Assembly: GCA_044892525.1 (NCBI GenBank)
Contig: CM097885.1
Span: 39,494,001-39,558,000 of the forward strand
Source of the DNA: Schmidtea polychroa
Taxonomy: Eukaryota
Length of the DNA stretch: 64,000 bases
Direction of reading: 5' to 3'
Shown here: positions 1-12,702 of the stretch, piece by piece
Numbering within the stretch: the first letter of the stretch is position 1
How the letters are laid out: the number at the start of each line of letters is the position of its first letter
The notes under the pieces: generated by a model
Told to the model about the DNA's origin: nothing
Database searches by the model: none
The model's input: the letters and a program-made list of their open reading frames with translations, nothing else
Program-made: the position numbers and the translations under genes

Positions 1-930
1 TTATATCAACATTTTTCAATAAAAATAAAATATGATTATTTCCTGCTTATACGCACTGAATAGTAATATTAAATATTATATCTACATATTTTGTTCTTTA
101 TAGATTGCGTGCTATAATAAAGATATGTTTTTCTTAAATTATAATTATAATATAACATTAATTTTTTGAAATATAATAAATTTAATAGTAATTTTTCCTT
201 GCGTTAAAATAAGTTAATTATAACGTAGAATAAAGATTATTGTACAGATAATTAGCATAACCTGATTAAATATAAAATAGTCAATTATATACAATATAGT
301 CTCTACAAGATAGATTGGATTTGTGGGTCTTCTTTCTTATTAGACTTATTGCCTCGCTTCTGCATATACGTTGACCATTTAACCTTTAGACTCTGTCTTA
401 TTATTATTTGTTAGGGACGAATGTGGTGATGTGCCTACTATCATCATCCAGCAATATAATCAGTACAAAGTTTTCACACTCCTACTCCGGCATTCATCTG
501 TTTCATATATTTAAAGACTATTTCTCGCCTGATATCAGGACAGTACATGCCAAAATCTGTTAATGATTGAAGGAACTGTTTTAACTGGTATTGTGACTTC
601 CTTACCCAAAAGTAAAATCAGGCGAAACTTGAAGAAAGTGAATGAGCTGGTAAATATGCATTTGAATGTAAAATAAAATTGAAATAGTTAACTTATCAAG
701 CATCATTGGGGCTTTATAAATGTTTAAGATCCATAAAATCATCTGCAAGTGGTATATTTCTTTGAGTAAGAATATTTGAAAGTGAAAGTCGAATCAGCAA
801 ATGTAAAATTTATTAAATATATATAAACCAATAAAATTAATTAAAATTCCAATAAATTTCAAAAGATTCGCTATGAATGTATCCATATATTAAATAAACC
901 AACTCCTATAAAACTAACAATATAATACAA

Positions 931-1866
931 ATGGTTAAAAAAGTTTGGAAAAGCGTTAATGTCGATTTTACGATAAAAAGCAACAATAACATAATTGAGA
1001 ATTCGGAAATTAGCGAAAATAATACAACGATTACTGCTGAATTGAGAAAAGCTTTGCCAACAACAACACATGCCAATCGTCAACTTGAAGAAGTTAATAA
1101 ACTACCAATCGATGGTCCATTTTATTTGGCATTTTCTAATCTGAATTTTGATGTTGATGAAGAGTGCATTAGAAATCTGTTTAAAGGTTTAGATTTGGTG
1201 GATATTTATTTCAATCCGAGAAAGCGAGGAACTGGCAATATAGAATTCAGAAGTTTGGACAATTTGAAATCGGCGTTGGAATTTAATGGACAAGTTTTCG
1301 TCGGTAGAGCAATTAATTTGACATTAATCACGGACATAGACAAAGAAAAGAAATTTAACACATTTCTAGATAAGAATGGTTGTTTTCACAAAGATGAAAA
1401 GAAATCTAAAGCAGATGAATCTGAAAATTGGAGAAGTAAGAAAGTTGTTGAAAGGAAAGAAACAAAACCAAGTGATAGCGATAATTGGAGAGTAAAGAAA
1501 AATGTTGAAATGAAAGAAACCAAGCCAAGTAATAGTAATAATTGGAGAGTAAAGAAAACTATTGAAATGAAAGAAACTAAGCCAAGTGATAGCGATAATT
1601 GGAGAGTAAAGACAAATGTTGAAATGAAAGTATTCAAACCGAGATATAACAATAATTGGAGAGAAAAGAAAAGTGTTGAAATGAAAGAAACAAAACCTAG
1701 TGATAGTGATAATTGGAGAATAAAGAAAGATGTTAAAGTAACAGAATCAAAAGACTGTAGCAGTGGAACACAGAGAATTACAAATATGCGTGATACCAAA
1801 ACAGAAAATCTTCGAGAAAACAAAACAGCCGAAAAAGAAAATTCTTGGAGATTAGTTAAAAAATAA
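931..1866 (+). CDS. EIF4B: eIF4B-like translation initiation factor (RRM + NWR repeats), copy 1
   Basis: ALPTTTHANRQLEEVNKLPIDGPFYLAFSNLNFDVDEECIRNLFKGL...GTGNIEFRSLDNLKSALEFNG resembles the eIF4B pre-RRM/RRM (LPTAPRA...LP..PPYTAFLGNLPYDV.EE.I..FF.GL...G.GY.EF..LD.L..AL). It is followed by ADESENWR and repeated D/N-N-W-R motifs typical of eIF4B/Tif3. ATG to TAA, no intron. Confidence 0.75.
   Translation: MVKKVWKSVNVDFTIKSNNNIIENSEISENNTTITAELRKALPTTTHANRQLEEVNKLPIDGPFYLAFSNLNFDVDEECIRNLFKGLDLVDIYFNPRKRGTGNIEFRSLDNLKSALEFNGQVFVGRAINLTLITDIDKEKKFNTFLDKNGCFHKDEKKSKADESENWRSKKVVERKETKPSDSDNWRVKKNVEMKETKPSNSNNWRVKKTIEMKETKPSDSDNWRVKTNVEMKVFKPRYNNNWREKKSVEMKETKPSDSDNWRIKKDVKVTESKDCSSGTQRITNMRDTKTENLRENKTAEKENSWRLVKK
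1417..1758 (+). repeat. Six 57-bp coding repeats (19 aa, xSxNWRVKKxVEMKETKPS) inside the eIF4B ORF; present in each copy
   Basis: AATTGGAGA recurs every 57 nt. Peptides are ESENWR, DSDNWR, NSNNWR, DSDNWR, YNNNWR and DSDNWR. Confidence 0.95.
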
Positions 1867-4561
1867 ATTTTTCCTTTCTATATTTGTTTAATATTATGAT
1901 TGTTGTTTTTTCTTTAGAGTGTTTAATATATTTATTTTTCAATGTAAAATGTTTGATATATATCTTTAATATTAAATTGTATTTTTATGATAGTAGTTTG
2001 TTTGCAAAACTGATAATGAGAAAGTACATAAATCTCTATTTTATTTTTGTTATGATAGAACATTTTAAGGATACGTTTGAAATTATATTTATCAATAAAA
2101 ATTAAAATTTCTAAGTTATTCTATTATTAAACAAAATTTATATTGTAATTAAAATCAATTTCATAATTTTAATAAAATAATAGACCTAGAAAATTTCGAA
2201 AGATAGGGAAATAGAATGTAAGTAATTATATTTATTACTCATTATTTAGTCAACTTTCATGTTATAGATAATAGTTGACATATGTTTAGATAATTGATTT
2301 TTATTTTTTTCATTGAAAGGTCAGATTTGGTCTATGATTACCGTATGTGTGCGTGTGTAAGTAACTGAGTGATAAGGTTACTGTTACTTGACACCCAACA
2401 AAAAACATTTATGACGTCACTACACAGGTATGCAATATTGAGTATTATATATTTTTTACAATTAACAGTCAAACATATTAGTTTTGCAAATTGAATTCAC
2501 AAGCTAGGATTGATTGAATATTAAAAATATGTTGCAGTTGAAATCAGATTATGGTGAATATTTATAGGATGACTTTTATTATAGTATTTAATTTTATTCA
2601 AAACAATTTCTATTTTAACGCATAGATAAAATTCAAAAAACTTTGACAAATAACTATTATGTCATTGAATTAGTTTTCATAAAATATTATTATATATGAA
2701 TATTAATAGACAATCTATGTATTATTTTATGAAAGTTAATTAATAGCAGCTTAAAAATACTCAAAGACCTTTCCTAATGTTATTGAACACCAATAAAACA
2801 TCATTTATTCCATTTCAAAAATTAAATATTTTTACTCTTATTTGAAATAAACTCAATGGTAGTTTATTAAGTACGTGACATAGCATTTTATTTATTTCAT
2901 TATAAAGCTCTTTTCGTTTCTTGAAACCTTGATAATTTATCTTAATATGTTGGCTTAATTTAATAAATTTCGATCTATCTTGACTCTTATTATCGGTAGA
3001 TTTAACATTTGTCGACATCAAAATAAAGTCAAAAGAATCAAGAATCATTGAATTAAGAGAAATCTTTTTATATTTTCTTTATATGATATTATTTTATTTG
3101 AATAAAGGAAATGCTTATAAGCTAAAATTATATTAGATCATGATTCAATTTGTCCAAATTGCCAAATTGCGACCAACTAACGACTTATTGGACAGATAAT
3201 TATATGATGATGAAATGTTGTCAAACTACTTCTGTATTTGATGATTTTGTAATATTTAGGTCTCACTATTTGAGAATCTCAACTCTACTGGTTTTTATAT
3301 AAATATAAATAAAGAACACAGGTCTTTATATAAATGTTTATTTAAAATTTCAAAAATTACCAAATGAGAAATCGAAATTTGCAAAAATGATCTTCTAAAA
3401 TTGTAACTTTCACTGGATAATTACTAATTTATTTTCACTGCAAAATGCTAGCTAATTGTGTGGTTTTTTTATGTTGTGTAGTGCTTGTTGTGTTAATTTT
3501 AAATCAATTAAATAAGGCTTCTGTAGAGAGTTTTTGTCTGGTCTGTGTTTAAATATTTACGAAGCATTAAACTTTGAAAACTCTTCTTGGAGCAAATATT
3601 TGGCGAATTAAATGATTTTCTTCGCGCCTATTTATATCAACATTTTTCAATAAAAATAAAATATGATTATTTCCTGCTTATACGCACTGAATAGTAATAT
3701 TAAATATTATATCTACATATTTTGTTCTTTATAGATTGCGTGCTATAATAAAGATATGTTTTTCTTAAATTATAATTATAATATAACATTAATTTTTTGA
3801 AATATAATAAATTTAATAGTAATTTTTCCTTGCGTTAAAATAAGTTAATTATAACGTAGAATAAAGATTATTGTACAGATAATTAGCATAACCTGATTAA
3901 ATATAAAATAGTCAATTATATACAATATAGTCTCTACAAGATAGATTGGATTTGTGGGTCTTCTTTCTTATTAGACTTATTGCCTCGCTTCTGCATATAC
4001 GTTGACCATTTAACCTTTAGACTCTGTCTTATTATTATTTGTTAGGGACGAATGTGGTGATGTGCCTACTATCATCATCCAGCAATATAATCAGTACAAA
4101 GTTTTCACACTCCTACTCCGGCATTCATCTGTTTCATATATTTAAAGACTATTTCTCGCCTGATATCAGGACAGTACATGCCAAAATCTGTTAATGATTG
4201 AAGGAACTGTTTTAACTGGTATTGTGACTTCCTTACCCAAAAGTAAAATCAGGCGAAACTTGAAGAAAGTGAATGAGCTGGTAAATCTGCATTTGAATGT
4301 AAAATAAAATTGAAATAGTTAACTTATCAAGCATCATTGGGGCTTTATAAATGTTTAAGATCCATAAAATCATCTGCAAGTGGTATATTTCTTTGAGTAA
4401 GAATATTTGAAAGTGAAAGTCGAATCAGCAAATGTAAAATTTATTAAATATATATAAACCAATAAAATTAATTAAAATTCCAATAAATTTCAAAAGATTC
4501 GCTATGAATGTATCCATATATTAAATAAACCAACTCCTATAAAACTAACAATATAATACAA

Positions 4562-5497
4562 ATGGTTAAAAAAGTTTGGAAAAGCGTTAATGTCGATTTT
4601 ACGATAAAAAGCAACAATAACATAATTGAGAATTCGGAAATTAGCGAAAATAATACAACGATTACTGCTGAATTGAGAAAAGCTTTGCCAACAACAACAC
4701 ATGCCAATCGTCAACTTGAAGAAGTTAATAAACTACCAATCGATGGTCCATTTTATTTGGCATTTTCTAATCTGAATTTTGATGTTGATGAAGAGTGCAT
4801 TAGAAATCTGTTTAAAGGTTTAGATTTGGTGGATATTTATTTCAATCCGAGAAAGCGAGGAACTGGCAATATAGAATTCAGAAGTTTGGACAATTTGAAA
4901 TCGGCGTTGGAATTTAATGGACAAGTTTTCGTCGGTAGAGCAATTAATTTGACATTAATCACGGACATAGACAAAGAAAAGAAATTTAACACATTTCTAG
5001 ATAAGAATGGTTGTTTTCACAAAGATGAAAAGAAATCTAAAGCAGATGAATCTGAAAATTGGAGAAGTAAGAAAGTTGTTGAAAGGAAAGAAACAAAACC
5101 AAGTGATAGCGATAATTGGAGAGTAAAGAAAAATGTTGAAATGAAAGAAACCAAGCCAAGTAATAGTAATAATTGGAGAGTAAAGAAAACTATTGAAATG
5201 AAAGAAACTAAGCCAAGTGATAGCGATAATTGGAGAGTAAAGACAAATGTTGAAATGAAAGTATTCAAACCGAGATATAACAATAATTGGAGAGAAAAGA
5301 AAAGTGTTGAAATGAAAGAAACAAAACCTAGTGATAGTGATAATTGGAGAATAAAGAAAGATGTTAAAGTAACAGAATCAAAAGACTGTAGCAGTGGAAC
5401 ACAGAGAATTACAAATATGCGTGATACCAAAACAGAAAATCTTCGAGAAAACAAAACAGCCGAAAAAGAAAATTCTTGGAGATTAGTTAAAAAATAA
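4562..5497 (+). CDS. EIF4B: eIF4B-like, copy 2
   Basis: 311-aa protein identical to copy 1. Confidence 0.75.
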   Translation: MVKKVWKSVNVDFTIKSNNNIIENSEISENNTTITAELRKALPTTTHANRQLEEVNKLPIDGPFYLAFSNLNFDVDEECIRNLFKGLDLVDIYFNPRKRGTGNIEFRSLDNLKSALEFNGQVFVGRAINLTLITDIDKEKKFNTFLDKNGCFHKDEKKSKADESENWRSKKVVERKETKPSDSDNWRVKKNVEMKETKPSNSNNWRVKKTIEMKETKPSDSDNWRVKTNVEMKVFKPRYNNNWREKKSVEMKETKPSDSDNWRIKKDVKVTESKDCSSGTQRITNMRDTKTENLRENKTAEKENSWRLVKK

Positions 5498-8192
5498 ATT
5501 TTTCCTTTCTATATTTGTTTAATATTATGATTGTTGTTTTTTCTTTAGAGTGTTTAATATATTTATTTTTCAATGTAAAATGTTTGATATATATCTTTAA
5601 TATTAAATTGTATTTTTATGATAGTAGTTTGTTTGCAAAACTGATAATGAGAAAGTACATAAATCTCTATTTTATTTTTGTTATGATAGAACATTTTAAG
5701 GATACGTTTGAAATTATATTTATCAATAAAAATTAAAATTTCTAAGTTATTCTATTATTAAACAAAATTTATATTGTAATTAAAATCAATTTCATAATTT
5801 TAATAAAATAATAGACCTAGAAAATTTCGAAAGATAGGGAAATAGAATGTAAGTAATTATATTTATTACTCATTATTTAGTCAACTTTCATGTTATAGAT
5901 AATAGTTGACATATGTTTAGATAATTGATTTTTATTTTTTTCATTGAAAGGTCAGATTTGGTCTATGATTACCGTATGTGTGCGTGTGTAAGTAACTGAG
6001 TGATAAGGTTACTGTTACTTGACACCCAACAAAAAACATTTATGACGTCACTACACAGGTATGCAATATTGAGTATTATATATTTTTTACAATTAACAGT
6101 CAAACATATTAGTTTTGCAAATTGAATTCACAAGCTAGGATTGATTGAATATTAAAAATATGTTGCAGTTGAAATCAGATTATGGTGAATATTTATAGGA
6201 TGACTTTTATTATAGTATTTAATTTTATTCAAAACAATTTCTATTTTAACGCATAGATAAAATTCAAAAAACTTTGACAAATAACTATTATGTCATTGAA
6301 TTAGTTTTCATAAAATATTATTATATATGAATATTAATAGACAATCTATGTATTATTTTATGAAAGTTAATTAATAGCAGCTTAAAAATACTCAAAGACC
6401 TTTCCTAATGTTATTGAACACCAATAAAACATCATTTATTCCATTTCAAAAATTAAATATTTTTACTCTTATTTGAAATAAACTCAATGGTAGTTTATTA
6501 AGTACGTGACATAGCATTTTATTTATTTCATTATAAAGCTCTTTTCGTTTCTTGAAACCTTGATAATTTATCTTAATATGTTGGCTTAATTTAATAAATT
6601 TCGATCTATCTTGACTCTTATTATCGGTAGATTTAACATTTGTCGACATCAAAATAAAGTCAAAAGAATCAAGAATCATTGAATTAAGAGAAATCTTTTT
6701 ATATTTTCTTTATATGATATTATTTTATTTGAATAAAGGAAATGCTTATAAGCTAAAATTATATTAGATCATGATTCAATTTGTCCAAATTGCCAAATTG
6801 CGACCAACTAACGACTTATTGGACAGATAATTATATGATGATGAAATGTTGTCAAACTACTTCTGTATTTGATGATTTTGTAATATTTAGGTCTCACTAT
6901 TTGAGAATCTCAACTCTACTGGTTTTTATATAAATATAAATAAAGAACACAGGTCTTTATATAAATGTTTATTTAAAATTTCAAAAATTACCAAATGAGA
7001 AATCGAAATTTGCAAAAATGATCTTCTAAAATTGTAACTTTCACTGGATAATTACTAATTTATTTTCACTGCAAAATGCTAGCTAATTGTGTGGTTTTTT
7101 TATGTTGTGTAGTGCTTGTTGTGTTAATTTTAAATCAATTAAATAAGGCTTCTGTAGAGAGTTTTTGTCTGGTCTGTGTTTAAATATTTACGAAGCATTA
7201 AACTTTGAAAACTCTTCTTGGAGCAAATATTTGGCGAATTAAATGATTTTCTTCGCGCCTATTTATATCAACATTTTTCAATAAAAATTAAATATGATTA
7301 TTTCCTGCTTATACGCACTGAATAGTAATATTAAATATTATATCTACATATTTTGTTCTTTATAGATTGCGTGCTATAATAAAGATATGTTTTTCTTAAA
7401 TTATAATTATAATATAACATTAATTTTTTGAAATATAATAAATTTAATAGTAATTTTTCCTTGCGTTAAAATAAGTTAATTATAACGTAGAATAAAGATT
7501 ATTGTACAGATAATTAGCATAACCTGATTAAATATAAAATAGTCAATTATATACAATATAGTCTCTACAAGATAGATTGGATTTGTGGGTCTTCTTTCTT
7601 ATTAGACTTATTGCCTCGCTTCTGCATATACGTTGACCATTTAACCTTTAGACTCTGTCTTATTATTATTTGTTAGGGACGAATGTGGTGATGTGCCTAC
7701 TATCATCATCCAGCAATATAATCAGTACAAAGTTTTCACACTCCTACTCCGGCATTCATCTGTTTCATATATTTAAAGACTATTTCTCGCCTGATATCAG
7801 GACAGTACATGCCAAAATCTGTTAATGATTGAAGGAACTGTTTTAACTGGTATTGTGACTTCCTTACCCAAAAGTAAAATCAGGCGAAACTTGAAGAAAG
7901 TGAATGAGCTGGTAAATATGCATTTGAATGTAAAATAAAATTGAAATAGTTAACTTATCAAGCATCATTGGGGCTTTATAAATGTTTAAGATCCATAAAA
8001 TCATCTGCAAGTGGTATATTTCTTTGAGTAAGAATATTTGAAAGTGAAAGTCGAATCAGCAAATGTAAAATTTATTAAATATATATAAACCAATAAAATT
8101 AATTAAAATTCCAATAAATTTCAAAAGATTCGCTATGAATGTATCCATATATTAAATAAACCAACTCCTATAAAACTAACAATATAATACAA

Positions 8193-9128
8193 ATGGTTAA
8201 AAAAGTTTGGAAAAGCGTTAATGTCGATTTTACGATAAAAAGCAACAATAACATAATTGAGAATTCGGAAATTAGCGAAAATAATACAACGATTACTGCT
8301 GAATTGAGAAAAGCTTTGCCAACAACAACACATGCCAATCGTCAACTTGAAGAAGTTAATAAACTACCAATCGATGGTCCATTTTATTTGGCATTTTCTA
8401 ATCTGAATTTTGATGTTGATGAAGAGTGCATTAGAAATCTGTTTAAAGGTTTAGATTTGGTGGATATTTATTTCAATCCGAGAAAGCGAGGAACTGGCAA
8501 TATAGAATTCAGAAGTTTGGACAATTTGAAATCGGCGTTGGAATTTAATGGACAAGTTTTCGTCGGTAGAGCAATTAATTTGACATTAATCACGGACATA
8601 GACAAAGAAAAGAAATTTAACACATTTCTAGATAAGAATGGTTGTTTTCACAAAGATGAAAAGAAATCTAAAGCAGATGAATCTGAAAATTGGAGAAGTA
8701 AGAAAGTTGTTGAAAGGAAAGAAACAAAACCAAGTGATAGCGATAATTGGAGAGTAAAGAAAAATGTTGAAATGAAAGAAACCAAGCCAAGTAATAGTAA
8801 TAATTGGAGAGTAAAGAAAACTATTGAAATGAAAGAAACTAAGCCAAGTGATAGCGATAATTGGAGAGTAAAGACAAATGTTGAAATGAAAGTATTCAAA
8901 CCGAGATATAACAATAATTGGAGAGAAAAGAAAAGTGTTGAAATGAAAGAAACAAAACCTAGTGATAGTGATAATTGGAGAATAAAGAAAGATGTTAAAG
9001 TAACAGAATCAAAAGACTGTAGCAGTGGAACACAGAGAATTACAAATATGCGTGATACCAAAACAGAAAATCTTCGAGAAAACAAAACAGCCGAAAAAGA
9101 AAATTCTTGGAGATTAGTTAAAAAATAA
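8193..9128 (+). CDS. EIF4B: eIF4B-like, copy 3
   Basis: 311-aa protein identical to copy 1. Confidence 0.75.
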   Translation: MVKKVWKSVNVDFTIKSNNNIIENSEISENNTTITAELRKALPTTTHANRQLEEVNKLPIDGPFYLAFSNLNFDVDEECIRNLFKGLDLVDIYFNPRKRGTGNIEFRSLDNLKSALEFNGQVFVGRAINLTLITDIDKEKKFNTFLDKNGCFHKDEKKSKADESENWRSKKVVERKETKPSDSDNWRVKKNVEMKETKPSNSNNWRVKKTIEMKETKPSDSDNWRVKTNVEMKVFKPRYNNNWREKKSVEMKETKPSDSDNWRIKKDVKVTESKDCSSGTQRITNMRDTKTENLRENKTAEKENSWRLVKK

Positions 9129-11823
9129 ATTTTTCCTTTCTATATTTGTTTAATATTATGATTGTTGTTTTTTCTTTAGAGTGTTTAATATATTTATTTT
9201 TCAATGTAAAATGTTTGATATATATCTTTAATATTAAATTGTATTTTTATGATAGTAGTTTGTTTGCAAAACTGATAATGAGAAAGTACATAAATCTCTA
9301 TTTTATTTTTGTTATGATAGAACATTTTAAGGATACGTTTGAAATTATATTTATCAATAAAAATTAAAATTTCTAAGTTATTCTATTATTAAACAAAATT
9401 TATATTGTAATTAAAATCAATTTCATAATTTTAATAAAATAATAGACCTAGAAAATTTCGAAAGATAGGGAAATAGAATGTAAGTAATTATATTTATTAC
9501 TCATTATTTAGTCAACTTTCATGTTATAGATAATAGTTGACATATGTTTAGATAATTGATTTTTATTTTTTTCATTGAAAGGTCAGATTTGGTCTATGAT
9601 TACCGTATGTGTGCGTGTGTAAGTAACTGAGTGATAAGGTTACTGTTACTTGACACCCAACAAAAAACATTTATGACGTCACTACACAGGTATGCAATAT
9701 TGAGTATTATATATTTTTTACAATTAACAGTCAAACATATTAGTTTTGCAAATTGAATTCACAAGCTAGGATTGATTGAATATTAAAAATATGTTGCAGT
9801 TGAAATCAGATTATGGTGAATATTTATAGGATGACTTTTATTATAGTATTTAATTTTATTCAAAACAATTTCTATTTTAACGCATAGATAAAATTCAAAA
9901 AACTTTGACAAATAACTATTATGTCATTGAATTAGTTTTCATAAAATATTATTATATATGAATATTAATAGACAATCTATGTATTATTTTATGAAAGTTA
10001 ATTAATAGCAGCTTAAAAATACTCAAAGACCTTTCCTAATGTTATTGAACACCAATAAAACATCATTTATTCCATTTCAAAAATTAAATATTTTTACTCT
10101 TATTTGAAATAAACTCAATGGTAGTTTATTAAGTACGTGACATAGCATTTTATTTATTTCATTATAAAGCTCTTTTCGTTTCTTGAAACCTTGATAATTT
10201 ATCTTAATATGTTGGCTTAATTTAATAAATTTCGATCTATCTTGACTCTTATTATCGGTAGATTTAACATTTGTCGACATCAAAATAAAGTCAAAAGAAT
10301 CAAGAATCATTGAATTAAGAGAAATCTTTTTATATTTTCTTTATATGATATTATTTTATTTGAATAAAGGAAATGCTTATAAGCTAAAATTATATTAGAT
10401 CATGATTCAATTTGTCCAAATTGCCAAATTGCGACCAACTAACGACTTATTGGACAGATAATTATATGATGATGAAATGTTGTCAAACTACTTCTGTATT
10501 TGATGATTTTGTAATATTTAGGTCTCACTATTTGAGAATCTCAACTCTACTGGTTTTTATATAAATATAAATAAAGAACACAGGTCTTTATATAAATGTT
10601 TATTTAAAATTTCAAAAATTACCAAATGAGAAATCGAAATTTGCAAAAATGATCTTCTAAAATTGTAACTTTCACTGGATAATTACTAATTTATTTTCAC
10701 TGCAAAATGCTAGCTAATTGTGTGGTTTTTTTATGTTGTGTAGTGCTTGTTGTGTTAATTTTAAATCAATTAAATAAGGCTTCTGTAGAGAGTTTTTGTC
10801 TGGTCTGTGTTTAAATATTTACGAAGCATTAAACTTTGAAAACTCTTCTTGGAGCAAATATTTGGCGAATTAAATGATTTTCTTCGCGCCTATTTATATC
10901 AACATTTTTCAATAAAAATAAAATATGATTATTTCCTGCTTATACGCACTGAATAGTAATATTAAATATTATATCTACATATTTTGTTCTTTATAGATTG
11001 CGTGCTATAATAAAGATATGTTTTTCTTAAATTATAATTATAATATAACATTAATTTTTTGAAATATAATAAATTTAATAGTAATTTTTCCTTGCGTTAA
11101 AATAAGTTAATTATAACGTAGAATAAAGATTATTGTACAGATAATTAGCATAACCTGATTAAATATAAAATAGTCAATTATATACAATATAGTCTCTACA
11201 AGATAGATTGGATTTGTGGGTCTTCTTTCTTATTAGACTTATTGCCTCGCTTCTGCATATACGTTGACCATTTAACCTTTAGACTCTGTCTTATTATTAT
11301 TTGTTAGGGACGAATGTGGTGATGTGCCTACTATCATCATCCAGCAATATAATCAGTACAAAGTTTTCACACTCCTACTCCGGCATTCATCTGTTTCATA
11401 TATTTAAAGACTATTTCTCGCCTGATATCAGGACAGTACATGCCAAAATCTGTTAATGATTGAAGGAACTGTTTTAACTGGTATTGTGACTTCCTTACCC
11501 AAAAGTAAAATCAGGCGAAACTGGAAGAAAGTGAATGAGCTGGTAAATCTGCATTTGAATGTAAAATAAAATTGAAATAGTTAACTTATCAAGCATCATT
11601 GGGGCTTTATAAATGTTTAAGATCCATAAAATCATCTGCAAGTGGTATATTTCTTTGAGTAAGAATATTTGAAAGTGAAAGTCGAATCAGCAAATGTAAA
11701 ATTTATTAAATATATATAAACCAATAAAATTAATTAAAATTCCAATAAATTTCAAAAGATTCGCTATGAATGTATCCATATATTAAATAAACCAACTCCT
11801 ATAAAACTAACAATATAATACAA

Positions 11824-12702
11824 ATGGTTAAAAAAGTATGGAAAAGCGTTAATGTCGATTTTACGATAAAAAGCAACAATAACATAATTGAGAATTCGGA
11901 AATTAGCGAAAATAATACAACGATTACTGCTGAATTGAGAAAAGCTTTGCCAACAACAACACATGCCAATCGTCAACTTGAAGAAGTTAATAAACTACCA
12001 ATCGATGGTCCATTTTATTTGGCATTTTCTAATCTGAATTTTGATGTTGATGAAGAGTGCATTAGAAATCTGTTTAAAGGTTTAGATTTGGTGGATATTT
12101 ATTTCAATCCGAGAAAGCGAGGAACTGGCAATATAGAATTCAGAAGTTTGGACAATTTGAAATCGGCGTTGGAATTTAATGGACAAGTTTTCGTCGGTAG
12201 AGCAATTAATTTGACATTAATCACGGACATAGACAAAGAAAAGAAATTTAACACATTTCTAGATAAGAATGGTTGTTTTCACAAAGATGAAAAGAAATCT
12301 AAAGCAGATGAATCTGAAAATTGGAGAAGTAAGAAAGTTGTTGAAAGGAAAGAAACAAAACCAAGTGATAGTAATAATTGGAGAGTAAAGAAAACTATTG
12401 AAATGAAAGAAACTAAGCCAAGTGATAGCGATAATTGGAGAGTAAAGACAAATGTTGAAATGAAAGTATTCAAACCGAGATATAACAATAATTGGAGAGA
12501 AAAGAAAAGTGTTGAAATGAAAGAAACAAAACCTAGTGATAGTGATAATTGGAGAATAAAGAAAGATGTTAAAGTAACAGAATCAAAAGACTGTAGCAGT
12601 GGAACACAGAGAATTACAAATATGCGTGATACCAAAACAGAAAATCTTCGAGAAAACAAAACAGCCGAAAAAGAAAATTCTTGGAGATTAGTTAAAAAAT
12701 AA
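11824..12702 (+). CDS. EIF4B: eIF4B-like, copy 4 (one 19-aa repeat deleted in frame)
   Basis: 292 aa. A 57-bp in-frame deletion fuses repeats 2 and 3 near 12361-12380. Confidence 0.75.
   Translation: MVKKVWKSVNVDFTIKSNNNIIENSEISENNTTITAELRKALPTTTHANRQLEEVNKLPIDGPFYLAFSNLNFDVDEECIRNLFKGLDLVDIYFNPRKRGTGNIEFRSLDNLKSALEFNGQVFVGRAINLTLITDIDKEKKFNTFLDKNGCFHKDEKKSKADESENWRSKKVVERKETKPSDSNNWRVKKTIEMKETKPSDSDNWRVKTNVEMKVFKPRYNNNWREKKSVEMKETKPSDSDNWRIKKDVKVTESKDCSSGTQRITNMRDTKTENLRENKTAEKENSWRLVKK

Noticed and set aside
1417-1758. Regularly spaced repeats as a CRISPR array (also 58979-59073)
   Set aside because: They are in-frame coding repeats or head-to-tail repeats without unique spacers; eukaryotic context and no cas genes.
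1386-1823. 145-aa hydrophobic minus-strand ORF with LQLSLSLG repeats (one per unit)
   Set aside because: Antisense shadow of the purine-rich 57-bp repeats of the eIF4B ORF.
1884-3048. 73-77 aa ORFs at 1884-2105 and 2815-3048 in each unit
   Set aside because: AT-rich, non-ATG or motif-free; one is cut by the subfamily deletion. The 77-aa ORF could be an exon but I cannot support that.
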